Virus record (IMG/VR): IMGVR_UViG_3300032250_000078
Span: 1 to 29,147 of that record
Length of the DNA stretch: 29,147 bases
Reading direction: 5' to 3' (one strand)
From: a virus
Taxonomy: Duplodnaviria > Caudoviricetes
Shown: positions 1 to 8,433 of the stretch, in pieces
How positions within the stretch are numbered: the stretch's first letter is position 1
Layout of the letters: each line of letters opens with the position of its first letter
Position numbers and translations under genes: made by a program
Notes under the pieces: generated by a model
What the model was told of the DNA's origin: nothing
Seen by the model: the letters and a program-made list of their open reading frames with translations, nothing else
Database searches by the model: none

Positions 1-123
1 AATTGGAGATGCATTGGCACTACCAGTAAGAACAACTTTTCCTGTAGTAGATGGGATGTCAATACCATTTTTTCTAACCCAAATATCAGCAATCATGTTA
101 CCACTACCACCTGTCTTTTCAAG
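1..123. repeat. Terminal direct repeat, left copy (circular-assembly overlap)
   Basis: 1-123 is identical to 29025-29147 and lies inside a coding region whose frame continues across the join; implies a circular or circularly permuted 29,024-bp genome. Confidence 0.97.
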
Positions 124-1641
124 CTGTAATGAAAATTGAATATTGTAAATACCTGTATTTGCTAAAGTTACTCTTGTAGGATTTGAACTACCATCATTAA
201 CTACAGTTACACCATTGGTTAAATCTGTTGTGTTGAATTTTACAGGATAAGCCGTATTTGCAGAAACTGCTGTTTGTGTTGTGTTGTCTTGGAATGCTCC
301 ATAATAACCAGTTGGAGTAGCACCACCACCTGGAGTAAAAGGAGCCCAATTTCCATCTTTGTATGCATAATATTGACCATCATTTGGTGACTGACTAACT
401 AAGGTATCATTTACGCCATTATTAGGAGGCAAATAATGTATATCAGTATTTCCATTTGGTATAGGTTCTAATTTTGTTCCATCAGAGCCATTGCTAGAAA
501 ATCTTAAAAAATCAGAATTTAATTGTAATTGTGAGTTAACTCCAATCATTTGAAAATTAGGCTTAGATGTTGCTGAATTAAATCCAATTTTATAACTAGG
601 ATTAGTACTTGTATTATTATAACCAAAAATAGTAGGAGGATAAGTATTTAATGAGTCAATAAAATCTAAAGAACCTTGAAATGAATTTGAATATTTTAAG
701 GGATAAACTATATTGCTAAAATAATCAGTAAATCCAAGTTTTGTTATTTGTGAAACACCATCATCAACAATTAAAGTATTTGTTGTAGTTCCAACTGGTG
801 ACACATCTGTAACCTGCTGAAGATTTGGTGTAGTACCGCTTGAAGGTATAGCTGCAGCTTTCAGTTTTCCAGTAGTTGCTTCAAATATTGCCATACTGTC
901 TGAAACTCCAGCTAATCTTGGTATATAAATATCTGCACTATCATAAATAAATTTATGAGTAAATGGAGCGTCTTGCCCTAATGCTCCACTACCATCAGTA
1001 TCTATATATGCATACCTTGTACCTTTATTATAAAAAGAAAAAGATTTTGATGCGTCTACTAATCCTGTAGTACCGCTACCGACGTTTAAACGCATTCCGT
1101 TAAAGCTTCCTAATATAGTTGCTCTTCCTCCATTTAGTGCTAGAGCATGTTGTGTACCTATAGCTGAGCCACTACCTAGAGTTAAAGTATTACCAGAGTA
1201 AATCATATCAGAAGTAGCACCAGTTAACACTCCGCTTGCATTTGCATACGGTACAATAGTAGGAGTGTATGTTGGTAGTGTTGGTCTTAATGTTATTGTA
1301 GTATTTGTACTACCTTTAAAAACCCTAATAGTGCTATCGTTTACAGAGATAACATTATTTACAAATCTATTAGTAGTATCTATGCTAGTTCCACTTATCT
1401 CACTCCATCCTGCAGCTCTTGTCCATTTGTATAACTTGTTGTTACAAGTGTCCATCGCAATTGCGCCATTTTTAGCACTAGAATTGCGTAGCGTTGGAAT
1501 GCCACAGAATGATGGGATATGTAGCGTAGAATCGCATAGAATGCGCTTAAATTGGTATCCTGCTGCAGTCATTGGCGTATACTGAGCATAAGAAATACTA
1601 ACGATAAAAGTTAGTACTAAAAGTGTTATTATTTTTTTCAT
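1..1641 (-). CDS. Tail fibre / receptor-binding protein, N-terminal part (832 aa in total, continues at 29024->28167); has a Sec signal peptide
   Basis: Manual translation from ATG 1641 (TAA-T-ATG after the upstream gene) is open to base 1 and in frame with ORF 28167..29120. Starts MKKIITLLVLTFIVSISYA|QYTP; has a fibre shoulder motif GAIAMDTCNNKLYKW...W, a T/S/G/N-rich shaft and the start of a BclA/C1q-like domain (YYGAFQDNTTQ...TGIYNIQFSLQ). Lies between tail-tip and lysis genes. Confidence 0.88.
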   Translation of the reverse strand, partial: MKKIITLLVLTFIVSISYAQYTPMTAAGYQFKRILCDSTLHIPSFCGIPTLRNSSAKNGAIAMDTCNNKLYKWTRAAGWSEISGTSIDTTNRFVNNVISVNDSTIRVFKGSTNTTITLRPTLPTYTPTIVPYANASGVLTGATSDMIYSGNTLTLGSGSAIGTQHALALNGGRATILGSFNGMRLNVGSGTTGLVDASKSFSFYNKGTRYAYIDTDGSGALGQDAPFTHKFIYDSADIYIPRLAGVSDSMAIFEATTGKLKAAAIPSSGTTPNLQQVTDVSPVGTTTNTLIVDDGVSQITKLGFTDYFSNIVYPLKYSNSFQGSLDFIDSLNTYPPTIFGYNNTSTNPSYKIGFNSATSKPNFQMIGVNSQLQLNSDFLRFSSNGSDGTKLEPIPNGNTDIHYLPPNNGVNDTLVSQSPNDGQYYAYKDGNWAPFTPGGGATPTGYYGAFQDNTTQTAVSANTAYPVKFNTTDLTNGVTVVNDGSSNPTRVTLANTGIYNIQFSLQLEKTGGSGNMIADIWVRKNGIDIPSTTGKVVLTGSANASPI

Positions 1642-1642
1642 A

Positions 1643-2080
1643 TTATACATCACCATAAGTTATAGTTATAGATCCAGTTCCTCTAAAGTTACAAGTAAAA
1701 GTCACCATATTGTCAAAAGAAGATGTCTCATTTACTGACTCAATGTAACCGGTTCCTGTCTTCTGCAAAAATGTTACTCCCTCAATGTCCTGCTCATACC
1801 ATGTCAATGTAATAGCCTGCTTAGTTGTAATAAAATCGTATATCTGACCAAGACCAACCTTATCAATTACATCTTTATAAATAAACACCAACCCCTCAAT
1901 ACTGCCACTCCATTCTAACGCACCTGGTATGTATGTCCTATAGCTGCCATTGCCAGTGATTGATGTCTCAATTAATTCATTTGCTATGTCAAAAGTAATG
2001 GACCTAGCGCAAGCTAATGGCACGTCTACTGCAGCAACATTAATAAATAAAACAACATCACTTCCGCTTACTTTTCCCAT
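1643..2080 (-). CDS. Second tail-tube-fold protein (TP901-1 major tail protein-like), possibly distal tail ring
   Basis: Motifs GSDVVLF...ACARSITFDIANELIETS...EWSGSIEG...GTGYIESVNETSSFDNMVTFTCNFRGTG are typical of TP901-1-family tail tube proteins. Confidence 0.75.
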   Translation of the reverse strand: MGKVSGSDVVLFINVAAVDVPLACARSITFDIANELIETSITGNGSYRTYIPGALEWSGSIEGLVFIYKDVIDKVGLGQIYDFITTKQAITLTWYEQDIEGVTFLQKTGTGYIESVNETSSFDNMVTFTCNFRGTGSITITYGDV

Positions 2081-2082
2081 AA

Positions 2083-4356
2083 TTAAGACTTTTCGTAAAG
2101 ATAATTAAATTCGTAGAGTCTAATAGCTGCCCATGCTAAATAATCAGACTCTATTCCGATTTCAGATGCACCAACAAAGTCACCAGTTGGACTATCAATA
2201 ATTTCTATTAAGCTTAAATCTGCAAATCCAGTCTTGTAATCTATTGTCATCTTACCTGGAGCATACCTAAAGAAATTAAAATTTTGGTCATCAATAAATA
2301 CTGCAAGTATTGTCAACATCACATCTTCTTGATTAATGTAAAGATATCTACCCTCATATTTACTACGCATTTTATAAGTAGAAAACAAAGCTTCTTGTGT
2401 AGTTCCTTGTCCTAATCTTGGATAAATAATAGATGATGAAGGATATGTCCATCTTACTGTTAAATCTCTTAATAAATTAGTATAAGATTCTAAATAAAGC
2501 GCACCATTTATGCTAGTTCTTGGACTGTCATCAAGATAAATTTCCTTATCAATATTGTTCTTTATTTCTAATGATTGTGAGTCTGTATGTGTATGTCCAA
2601 TTATTCTATTTGATTTATTAATAAAATAATTTATTGTGAAAGATAAATCCTTATAAAATGTTTCATCTAATGAACTTGAAGCTTGATCTAAATAAACATT
2701 TATTATGCCACTCACTGGTACTTCATTAGAAACTATATTAACATCATGATAAATATTAGCATTATCTCCACCAGGTATTGAATAAGTAAAACCTCCTGAT
2801 ATTGTCCAACTGCCGTTATTATTTAATTTATAAACAGTAGTACCATCATCTAAAGTAATAATAAAAACATTATTAACTGGACCTGGTTCAGAATTGCTTG
2901 TCCTATATTTAAAACTTAATTCAATACCATCTCCTTTTGAAATTGGTATGTCACAACTTTTTGCAGATTGAGGCGCACTTCCAGTATTTCCACTTATTGC
3001 TAATTCTCTACTTTCTTCTTGATTATATGTTTCTGATGTTACATCATTATCAAAAGTTATTCTAATAAATCTTTCAGGTATTGGTGAGAATGGTCCATCA
3101 TACCAGCTATTTAATCCATAATCTCTTATTGTTTTAGTTCCAACATTAAATTCTCTTATCAACTCACCTAAATTATCACCATTAGAATTGCACAATAAAT
3201 TAGCAGGCTGCTGATAATTAAAAGTCTCTCTTACAAATTGATTTGCGCGATTTATAGACTTTAAAACACCGACCTCCATATCATTACCACTCTTAAATAT
3301 CCATACATCACTATTAGTACTTGTTGCTGTATAAATAAAATCATTTGAGTAAGTATGATACTGAAGTGTAGCACCACTATTTGTAGTGTATCTATACAAC
3401 TCATCCCATCTCATTAAATTATATGTGCCATGAGCTTGAAATAATGATAGGTTAAATCTGCTGTTAATTTGCTCTAAAATATCATAGCAATTCATCCAAT
3501 TATTTGTTTCTGAAAATGTTTCAGCTTGGACAAATGTATCTTCAAGAAGTCTTTCATTAGTTCCACCTACAGGATATATCTTGCTATAAATATTTAAGCC
3601 AGTATCAATAAAAATTGACTTTAAGCAAAGCTTATAAATATCTATCAATGGAATATAACCAGTTAAGGGATATGGAATGGTTGTTATGATATCTGTAGTA
3701 TAAGCTGCAGTAATAGTTAAATTATTAGAATTTGTCTGTACAATATAAAGACCACTAAAAACATTTATCTGTATAACTGTAAATGTGCCAGCTAATCCTC
3801 CTGAAGTTATTGTAAAAGTAGTACCAGGTAAAAGTCCTGCAAATATTGGATCTGTTGATTGTATAGTGCTTGAAAAACTAGGTATGTAACTTTCTACAGT
3901 TACACCGGTTGTAGTTAGTGGCACTCCAGTAATGACAGCCGCCTCATCTAGTGTAACATCCTTAAGCAATCCTAAGCCATCAGTAAAAGTAAGTTGTATC
4001 TCATGAGTAAAATCAACTTGTAACTCTTGTGAGTCATCCTGCAGTAGATATCCTCTGAATAACTTTTCATCAGTCTCCAATCTTATCAATTCACAATACC
4101 AGCCATAATCATCTTCAGAATAAAAGTTTGTTAATGCTAAGTCATCAACTGAATTGACTAATATGCTAACTTTTAAAGTAGAGCCTTTTATTGGAGCCTT
4201 TGGATCATCTTCTTGCCATTCATGTATAGCAGGATTTCCGCTAAGTAAAATAGTTTCCGATGCGCCAACAAAATCCTTCTTAAAGATATTTAACCTATAA
4301 GAAAGTAATGGCTGAAATGAATCAAAATCAGATGTATATAATAAGCCAAAAGTCAT
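2083..4356 (-). CDS. Tail tip / baseplate hub protein (757 aa)
   Basis: Directly downstream of the tape measure; beta-rich and acidic; FTDGLGLLKD and NCYDILEQINSRFNLSLFQ resemble hub segments of Bacteroidota siphoviruses. Confidence 0.65.
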   Translation of the reverse strand: MTFGLLYTSDFDSFQPLLSYRLNIFKKDFVGASETILLSGNPAIHEWQEDDPKAPIKGSTLKVSILVNSVDDLALTNFYSEDDYGWYCELIRLETDEKLFRGYLLQDDSQELQVDFTHEIQLTFTDGLGLLKDVTLDEAAVITGVPLTTTGVTVESYIPSFSSTIQSTDPIFAGLLPGTTFTITSGGLAGTFTVIQINVFSGLYIVQTNSNNLTITAAYTTDIITTIPYPLTGYIPLIDIYKLCLKSIFIDTGLNIYSKIYPVGGTNERLLEDTFVQAETFSETNNWMNCYDILEQINSRFNLSLFQAHGTYNLMRWDELYRYTTNSGATLQYHTYSNDFIYTATSTNSDVWIFKSGNDMEVGVLKSINRANQFVRETFNYQQPANLLCNSNGDNLGELIREFNVGTKTIRDYGLNSWYDGPFSPIPERFIRITFDNDVTSETYNQEESRELAISGNTGSAPQSAKSCDIPISKGDGIELSFKYRTSNSEPGPVNNVFIITLDDGTTVYKLNNNGSWTISGGFTYSIPGGDNANIYHDVNIVSNEVPVSGIINVYLDQASSSLDETFYKDLSFTINYFINKSNRIIGHTHTDSQSLEIKNNIDKEIYLDDSPRTSINGALYLESYTNLLRDLTVRWTYPSSSIIYPRLGQGTTQEALFSTYKMRSKYEGRYLYINQEDVMLTILAVFIDDQNFNFFRYAPGKMTIDYKTGFADLSLIEIIDSPTGDFVGASEIGIESDYLAWAAIRLYEFNYLYEKS

Positions 4357-5912
4357 TAAGTTGTGCGTTTATAAGTTTGACCGTATTTCTTATTACTAAA
4401 GAAGATATCTTGACCTCTAAGCATTCCAAACACCTCTATTGCTCCGCCAATTCCTCCCATCATTTGCGATGTCTGTGCTGCAGGTATTACCTGAGAACCA
4501 CGAGGCAAATTTATCATCTCTGGTCCTCTCTCACCAACTAAAGCCATACCACCTGGAGCGTTTCTTGTACCGACTGCAAATCCTGGAGTCCTTGTTGCGT
4601 TTCTTATTAAAGTACCTATTGCTATCAAAGCTACAGCTCCTGCAATTGCCAAGACTGGATTTGCAAGAACAAACTTCTTTATTGCCTCAACATTAATAGC
4701 AAAACTTATCATTAATTTACCAAATGCAACCATTGCTGCTCCTACTTCTTGGAATATACCTACAAAGAAATCCCCTATAGTTGCTTGACCAGATAAAGCA
4801 TTTCCTAAAGTTTCTCCAAAGCCTACAGCTATGTTTTGAGCTGCGTTTTCAAATACTGCATTAAGTTGGTCTAACTGATCCTGAGAGATTTCAAAGTTCT
4901 TAGCTGGCAAAAACTCAATAGGAACTTCTATAATTGATGGAACTGTTATCTTACTTAGTTCCTTTTCAATCTCTTCTCTAATCTTCTTGCTAGATACTTC
5001 TATTCTATCAACCTTAATAGGTTTAAACTTTAAATCACGATCAAAGGCTGGCTGCGCTCTTCTTCTTTCTTCTGCTGCTCTTCTTTCTTCTATTGCAGCT
5101 AGTCTATTAGCTGCAGCTTGCTCTTCTCTAGCTTGAGTCAATCTTGCTACTTCATCAATAGCTTTGGATAGTACATCTCTACTTGTTTTTAAAGCATCTT
5201 GGTAATCCTTTTCAGATTGACCTTGTTCCTGAGTTAGATTAAGATTATTTTGTCTAGCTTTATCTAAGGCCTCTATTGCAGCTTGTAAATCCTCAGAAAT
5301 TGTAATAAATTTGGCCTGCCTAGTTAAGACATCTTGAGTACCCTTGTCATCAAAACGAGCCTTAATATTTATATCGTTTAGTCTTGCAGCTGACTCTCCT
5401 ACTGCAATAAAATTCTTTAACTCTTCAGTAACAGCCTTTAAGGATTCTTTTGTATTTTCTAATTGATCACTAAACTCTTCACTACTTTTTTTCGCTTTAT
5501 CACTACCTCTACTCCACATACTAAGGCCAATCTGTGCAAATGTAATGGCTGATGTAATTGCGGCAAATGCAATGCCTAAGCCACCGCCCCCAGCTAAGCC
5601 ACCAACTAAAGACTTCAAAGCACCACCAACAGAACCACTCTCAGCTTTTAATCTGCTAAATGATTCAATTAATGGATTAATGTTATTGGCAATACCAATA
5701 AATCCAAAAGGAGCATCTTGTAAAACTCTTGATAAATTTGTAATGGATTGTGAAGCTTGTGTTGATCCTGTCTTTAATTCAGTATTTAAAGCTTTGCCTG
5801 CTTTTACTGCCGCTTCTGATGTCTGTGTTAATGTTTTGGATGTACTATCTAACGCCTTATTCACCTGGTCAAATCCGACCGCTGACGCTACTATCTTTAT
5901 TTCTTCAGCCAT
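4356..5912 (-). CDS. Tape measure protein (518 aa)
   Basis: Ala/Gly-rich helical protein with hydrophobic segments, N-terminal QDAPFGFIGIANNI and C-terminal GFAVG...ALVGERGPE motif; follows the tail chaperones. Confidence 0.9.
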   Translation of the reverse strand: MAEEIKIVASAVGFDQVNKALDSTSKTLTQTSEAAVKAGKALNTELKTGSTQASQSITNLSRVLQDAPFGFIGIANNINPLIESFSRLKAESGSVGGALKSLVGGLAGGGGLGIAFAAITSAITFAQIGLSMWSRGSDKAKKSSEEFSDQLENTKESLKAVTEELKNFIAVGESAARLNDINIKARFDDKGTQDVLTRQAKFITISEDLQAAIEALDKARQNNLNLTQEQGQSEKDYQDALKTSRDVLSKAIDEVARLTQAREEQAAANRLAAIEERRAAEERRRAQPAFDRDLKFKPIKVDRIEVSSKKIREEIEKELSKITVPSIIEVPIEFLPAKNFEISQDQLDQLNAVFENAAQNIAVGFGETLGNALSGQATIGDFFVGIFQEVGAAMVAFGKLMISFAINVEAIKKFVLANPVLAIAGAVALIAIGTLIRNATRTPGFAVGTRNAPGGMALVGERGPEMINLPRGSQVIPAAQTSQMMGGIGGAIEVFGMLRGQDIFFSNKKYGQTYKRTT

Positions 5913-6242
5913 CCGTTTTCATTTTTATATTGTGACGCTTCAAAATTGCCTCATATCTATCTTTTGTCATTGGTTCTATTTTTTTTGCCTCTTTATCATC
6001 TCCAGGCATTGGCCAAAACTTATCTATAGAACCAACTGCTTTACTTCCTGCCATACTCTCTGCTATGCGAAATGAAGCAAACCGAATGACTTTCGCCTGT
6101 TCAGTTTGCTTCTCATAATATCCATCAACAGCTGCGTAGAACTCAATGGGAAGAGATGTGTAGTACTGGTATGCTGACCATCCAAGCTTACCTAAAGCGA
6201 ACTTGAGATTGTCGTAGCACTGTTCTCTAACACTTTTTTTTT
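5905..6242 (-). CDS. Tail assembly chaperone gpT portion (-1 frameshift extension; gpGT about 216 aa)
   Basis: The -1 frame after the A9 run is open for 109 codons (SVREQCYDNLKFALGKLGWSAYQYYTSLPIEFYAAVDG...FWPMPGD...) to TGA 5905, overlapping the tape-measure start. Confidence 0.85.
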
Positions 6243-6554
6243 CTCATCTACAATCTCCTCTCCAGTTTTTACCAAAGTCTTCCAAACTTGTGTTGATGTC
6301 AACACCTCAGTAACTTTTGCAATTGCCTCAGCCTTATTTTCCATTACATCAACCCAATCGCAAACATTTTCAAAAGTGTAGCCTACTTCTTCTCTCTTCA
6401 CATAACTGTTGCCCATTAGTCCGCCATAAATCATGGCATACAAAAAGCCTGAGCTTGTGCTGTTGTCATTGTGCGTACTGATAATCTCAATCGCAAGCTG
6501 ATTAAACTTTAATCCCCTAAGCTTTCCGCCTAGTTCTAATTGTAGATAACTCAT
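6192..6554 (-). CDS. Tail assembly chaperone gpG
   Basis: Between major tail protein and tape measure; ends shortly after EKKK encoded by a slippery A run. Confidence 0.85.
   Translation of the reverse strand: MSYLQLELGGKLRGLKFNQLAIEIISTHNDNSTSSGFLYAMIYGGLMGNSYVKREEVGYTFENVCDWVDVMENKAEAIAKVTEVLTSTQVWKTLVKTGEEIVDEKKKVLENSATTISSSL
6234..6242 (-). other. Programmed -1 ribosomal frameshift site (GAG AAA AAA AAA GTG)
   Basis: A9 run at the canonical G/GT position with an open -1 frame downstream. Confidence 0.8.
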
Positions 6555-6571
6555 ATGTTGTGGTTGTTTGT

Positions 6572-7003
6572 TTAAGCTTGGATTGTAATCGTAGGTTCTC
6601 CAAACGGATTTATTGCTCCGGTAAATGTTCCGATAGAATCGAATTGATATGTGCTGCTCAATTCAGATAAGAACCCTGTACCTTCTTCAATCTCATCACC
6701 TGTTACTGGAGACTCTGGAGCAATCTTATATCCTATAGTTGTTTTAGCTAACAACAATATACGAAGAGATGTACCACTAATCTTACCAGATTCTGGATCT
6801 TGTAAGTGCTGACCTTCGAATCCGTTAGACAATTCAACTGTACCAGGTGACTTATCTGGTCCACAAGCTGATGACGCATCTACTACAGATACTGTCGCTG
6901 ATTTAGTTACATTTGTAAGACATACAACTGTATCGTAGTCTGTTCCACCGGTTGGATCAATGAATAATAACATCGTACCACCTGCTACTTTGTGTTCTGC
7001 CAT
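6572..7003 (-). CDS. Major tail tube protein
   Basis: Between tail terminator and chaperone; VVCLT...VVDASSACG...EGTGFLSELS...TFTGAI pattern of tail tube proteins. Confidence 0.85.
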   Translation of the reverse strand: MAEHKVAGGTMLLFIDPTGGTDYDTVVCLTNVTKSATVSVVDASSACGPDKSPGTVELSNGFEGQHLQDPESGKISGTSLRILLLAKTTIGYKIAPESPVTGDEIEEGTGFLSELSSTYQFDSIGTFTGAINPFGEPTITIQA

Positions 7004-7022
7004 TTTATTTGATTTTTATATG

Positions 7023-7448
7023 TTATGAAATTACGAAAATATCTTGTTTAAATATCAATATTCGTGAAATAAATATCTTACCGCCAAGCTCACCAAATCT
7101 CTCTGTCCTATCTGTCTGAACCATTAAATTCATCATTTGCAAATCAAATGAGGATAAGTCAAGCACAGACGTACTTGTTGGCTTAATTGCCTCTAAAATG
7201 CTTCCTACAGCTAAATTAAGATTCTTACTATTATTGTACTTGTACTCCCATGAATGTACAGACACCTGTATTGTAGTCTGTACATCTGATGAGTTATCTG
7301 TTGACTGCTCAATAGAGATGGCATCAGATATAACCGCATAAATCTTATGTTTTACATCATCCGGTTCTTCGCCTTCATAAACAGGAATATCCAAGTCATC
7401 AATGACCTCATAATATGCTTGTAATAGTGCGCTGTTTACATCTCTCAT
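7023..7448 (-). CDS. Tail terminator / tail completion protein
   Basis: Synteny and size; IPVYEG...YAVISD...TIQVSVHS pattern. Confidence 0.7.
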   Translation of the reverse strand: MRDVNSALLQAYYEVIDDLDIPVYEGEEPDDVKHKIYAVISDAISIEQSTDNSSDVQTTIQVSVHSWEYKYNNSKNLNLAVGSILEAIKPTSTSVLDLSSFDLQMMNLMVQTDRTERFGELGGKIFISRILIFKQDIFVIS

Positions 7449-7972
7449 GAATAAATATCTTTAATGTCTTTAATTAATTGTGGCGTATTTTTTACTACTG
7501 ATGGATAAAGAAAAGGCCTTTGTTTAATTCCATCTCTTAATATTTTTAATGCTGCAACATAAGCATATTTAGGATTTAATTTACCTGTTCTTTCCCCCCA
7601 TGCCATAAGTGATTTTACAAATTCTGCAAATGTACCTCCTGCTGGTCCTTTAAATGTTGCCGCATAAGTTGCCCAATCTTGGGGAAGTGATGAAACATAA
7701 GAAGCAGCAAACTTTCTTGTTCCAAACTCTATGTAAGCCGCATATTTTGCAGTTGCAACCACACTTGAATTACCACTACCGTATAATGGACTAATTGATC
7801 TAAGCAAAGCACCTTCATCTTTACTATTGGCACTCACTAAGCTTTTAGCATCTGCAGCAGTTCTGTCCGCCCAATCATTTAATGCACTCTGCACATCAGC
7901 CTGACCTTCCTTTGACAATTGGTCAAACTTCTTTACTAATGCACCTATCCCTTTAGTTTCAATCTTTATCAT
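7445..7972 (-). CDS. HK97 gp10-like neck/tail completion protein
   Basis: GALLRSI, YAAYIEFGT and RPFLYPS motifs. Confidence 0.85.
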   Translation of the reverse strand: MIKIETKGIGALVKKFDQLSKEGQADVQSALNDWADRTAADAKSLVSANSKDEGALLRSISPLYGSGNSSVVATAKYAAYIEFGTRKFAASYVSSLPQDWATYAATFKGPAGGTFAEFVKSLMAWGERTGKLNPKYAYVAALKILRDGIKQRPFLYPSVVKNTPQLIKDIKDIYS

Positions 7973-8433
7973 AACGCTGCAGGATAATAAAGTAATTCTA
8001 TAAATGATTGAGCTAGTCTATCATTAGCAAAAGCAAAAGTATTATTTTGCACTTGTATCTGAATAGTATCATCATCAATCTTCTGCACTCTATAATAGTT
8101 GACATTATTATCAACTGATATAAAGTACACTCTTGCAAGTCTAGGCAAATCTCCAGTAAAAGCTCCTACTAATGTTCCTTGATAAGTACCAACACCGTTA
8201 TAACTCCAAACTATATTACCTATCGTATTCTCCCACACATAATCTACAGTTGGAGCAGATGTACCAGTCTGCGTCATATTAACTCTATAAATATAACCAG
8301 GATTGACAAAATTTGACAAGTCACCAACTGTCATGCTGCCCTCATTAAATGCTGGCCTTAGTCCAGGTATAATATCTCCAGACTCTAATGCACCTAGATT
8401 AGGCAATTGGTTATATGGTATTCTTAATGCCAT
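7969..8433 (-). CDS. Putative neck/collar fibre or decoration protein
   Basis: Inserted in the neck module; N-terminus resembles fibre-anchor motifs (NQLPNLGALESGDIIP...TVGDL); beta-rich remainder (TQTGTSAPT...ENTIGNIVWSYNGVGTY). Confidence 0.45.
   Translation of the reverse strand: MALRIPYNQLPNLGALESGDIIPGLRPAFNEGSMTVGDLSNFVNPGYIYRVNMTQTGTSAPTVDYVWENTIGNIVWSYNGVGTYQGTLVGAFTGDLPRLARVYFISVDNNVNYYRVQKIDDDTIQIQVQNNTFAFANDRLAQSFIELLYYPAAL

Noticed and set aside
1-123. Terminal repeat as a biological direct terminal repeat or att site
   Set aside because: It falls in the middle of a gene and is best explained as assembler overlap on a circular contig.
1265-1585. Plus-strand 106-aa ORF
   Set aside because: Antisense shadow of the real minus-strand fibre gene starting at 1641.
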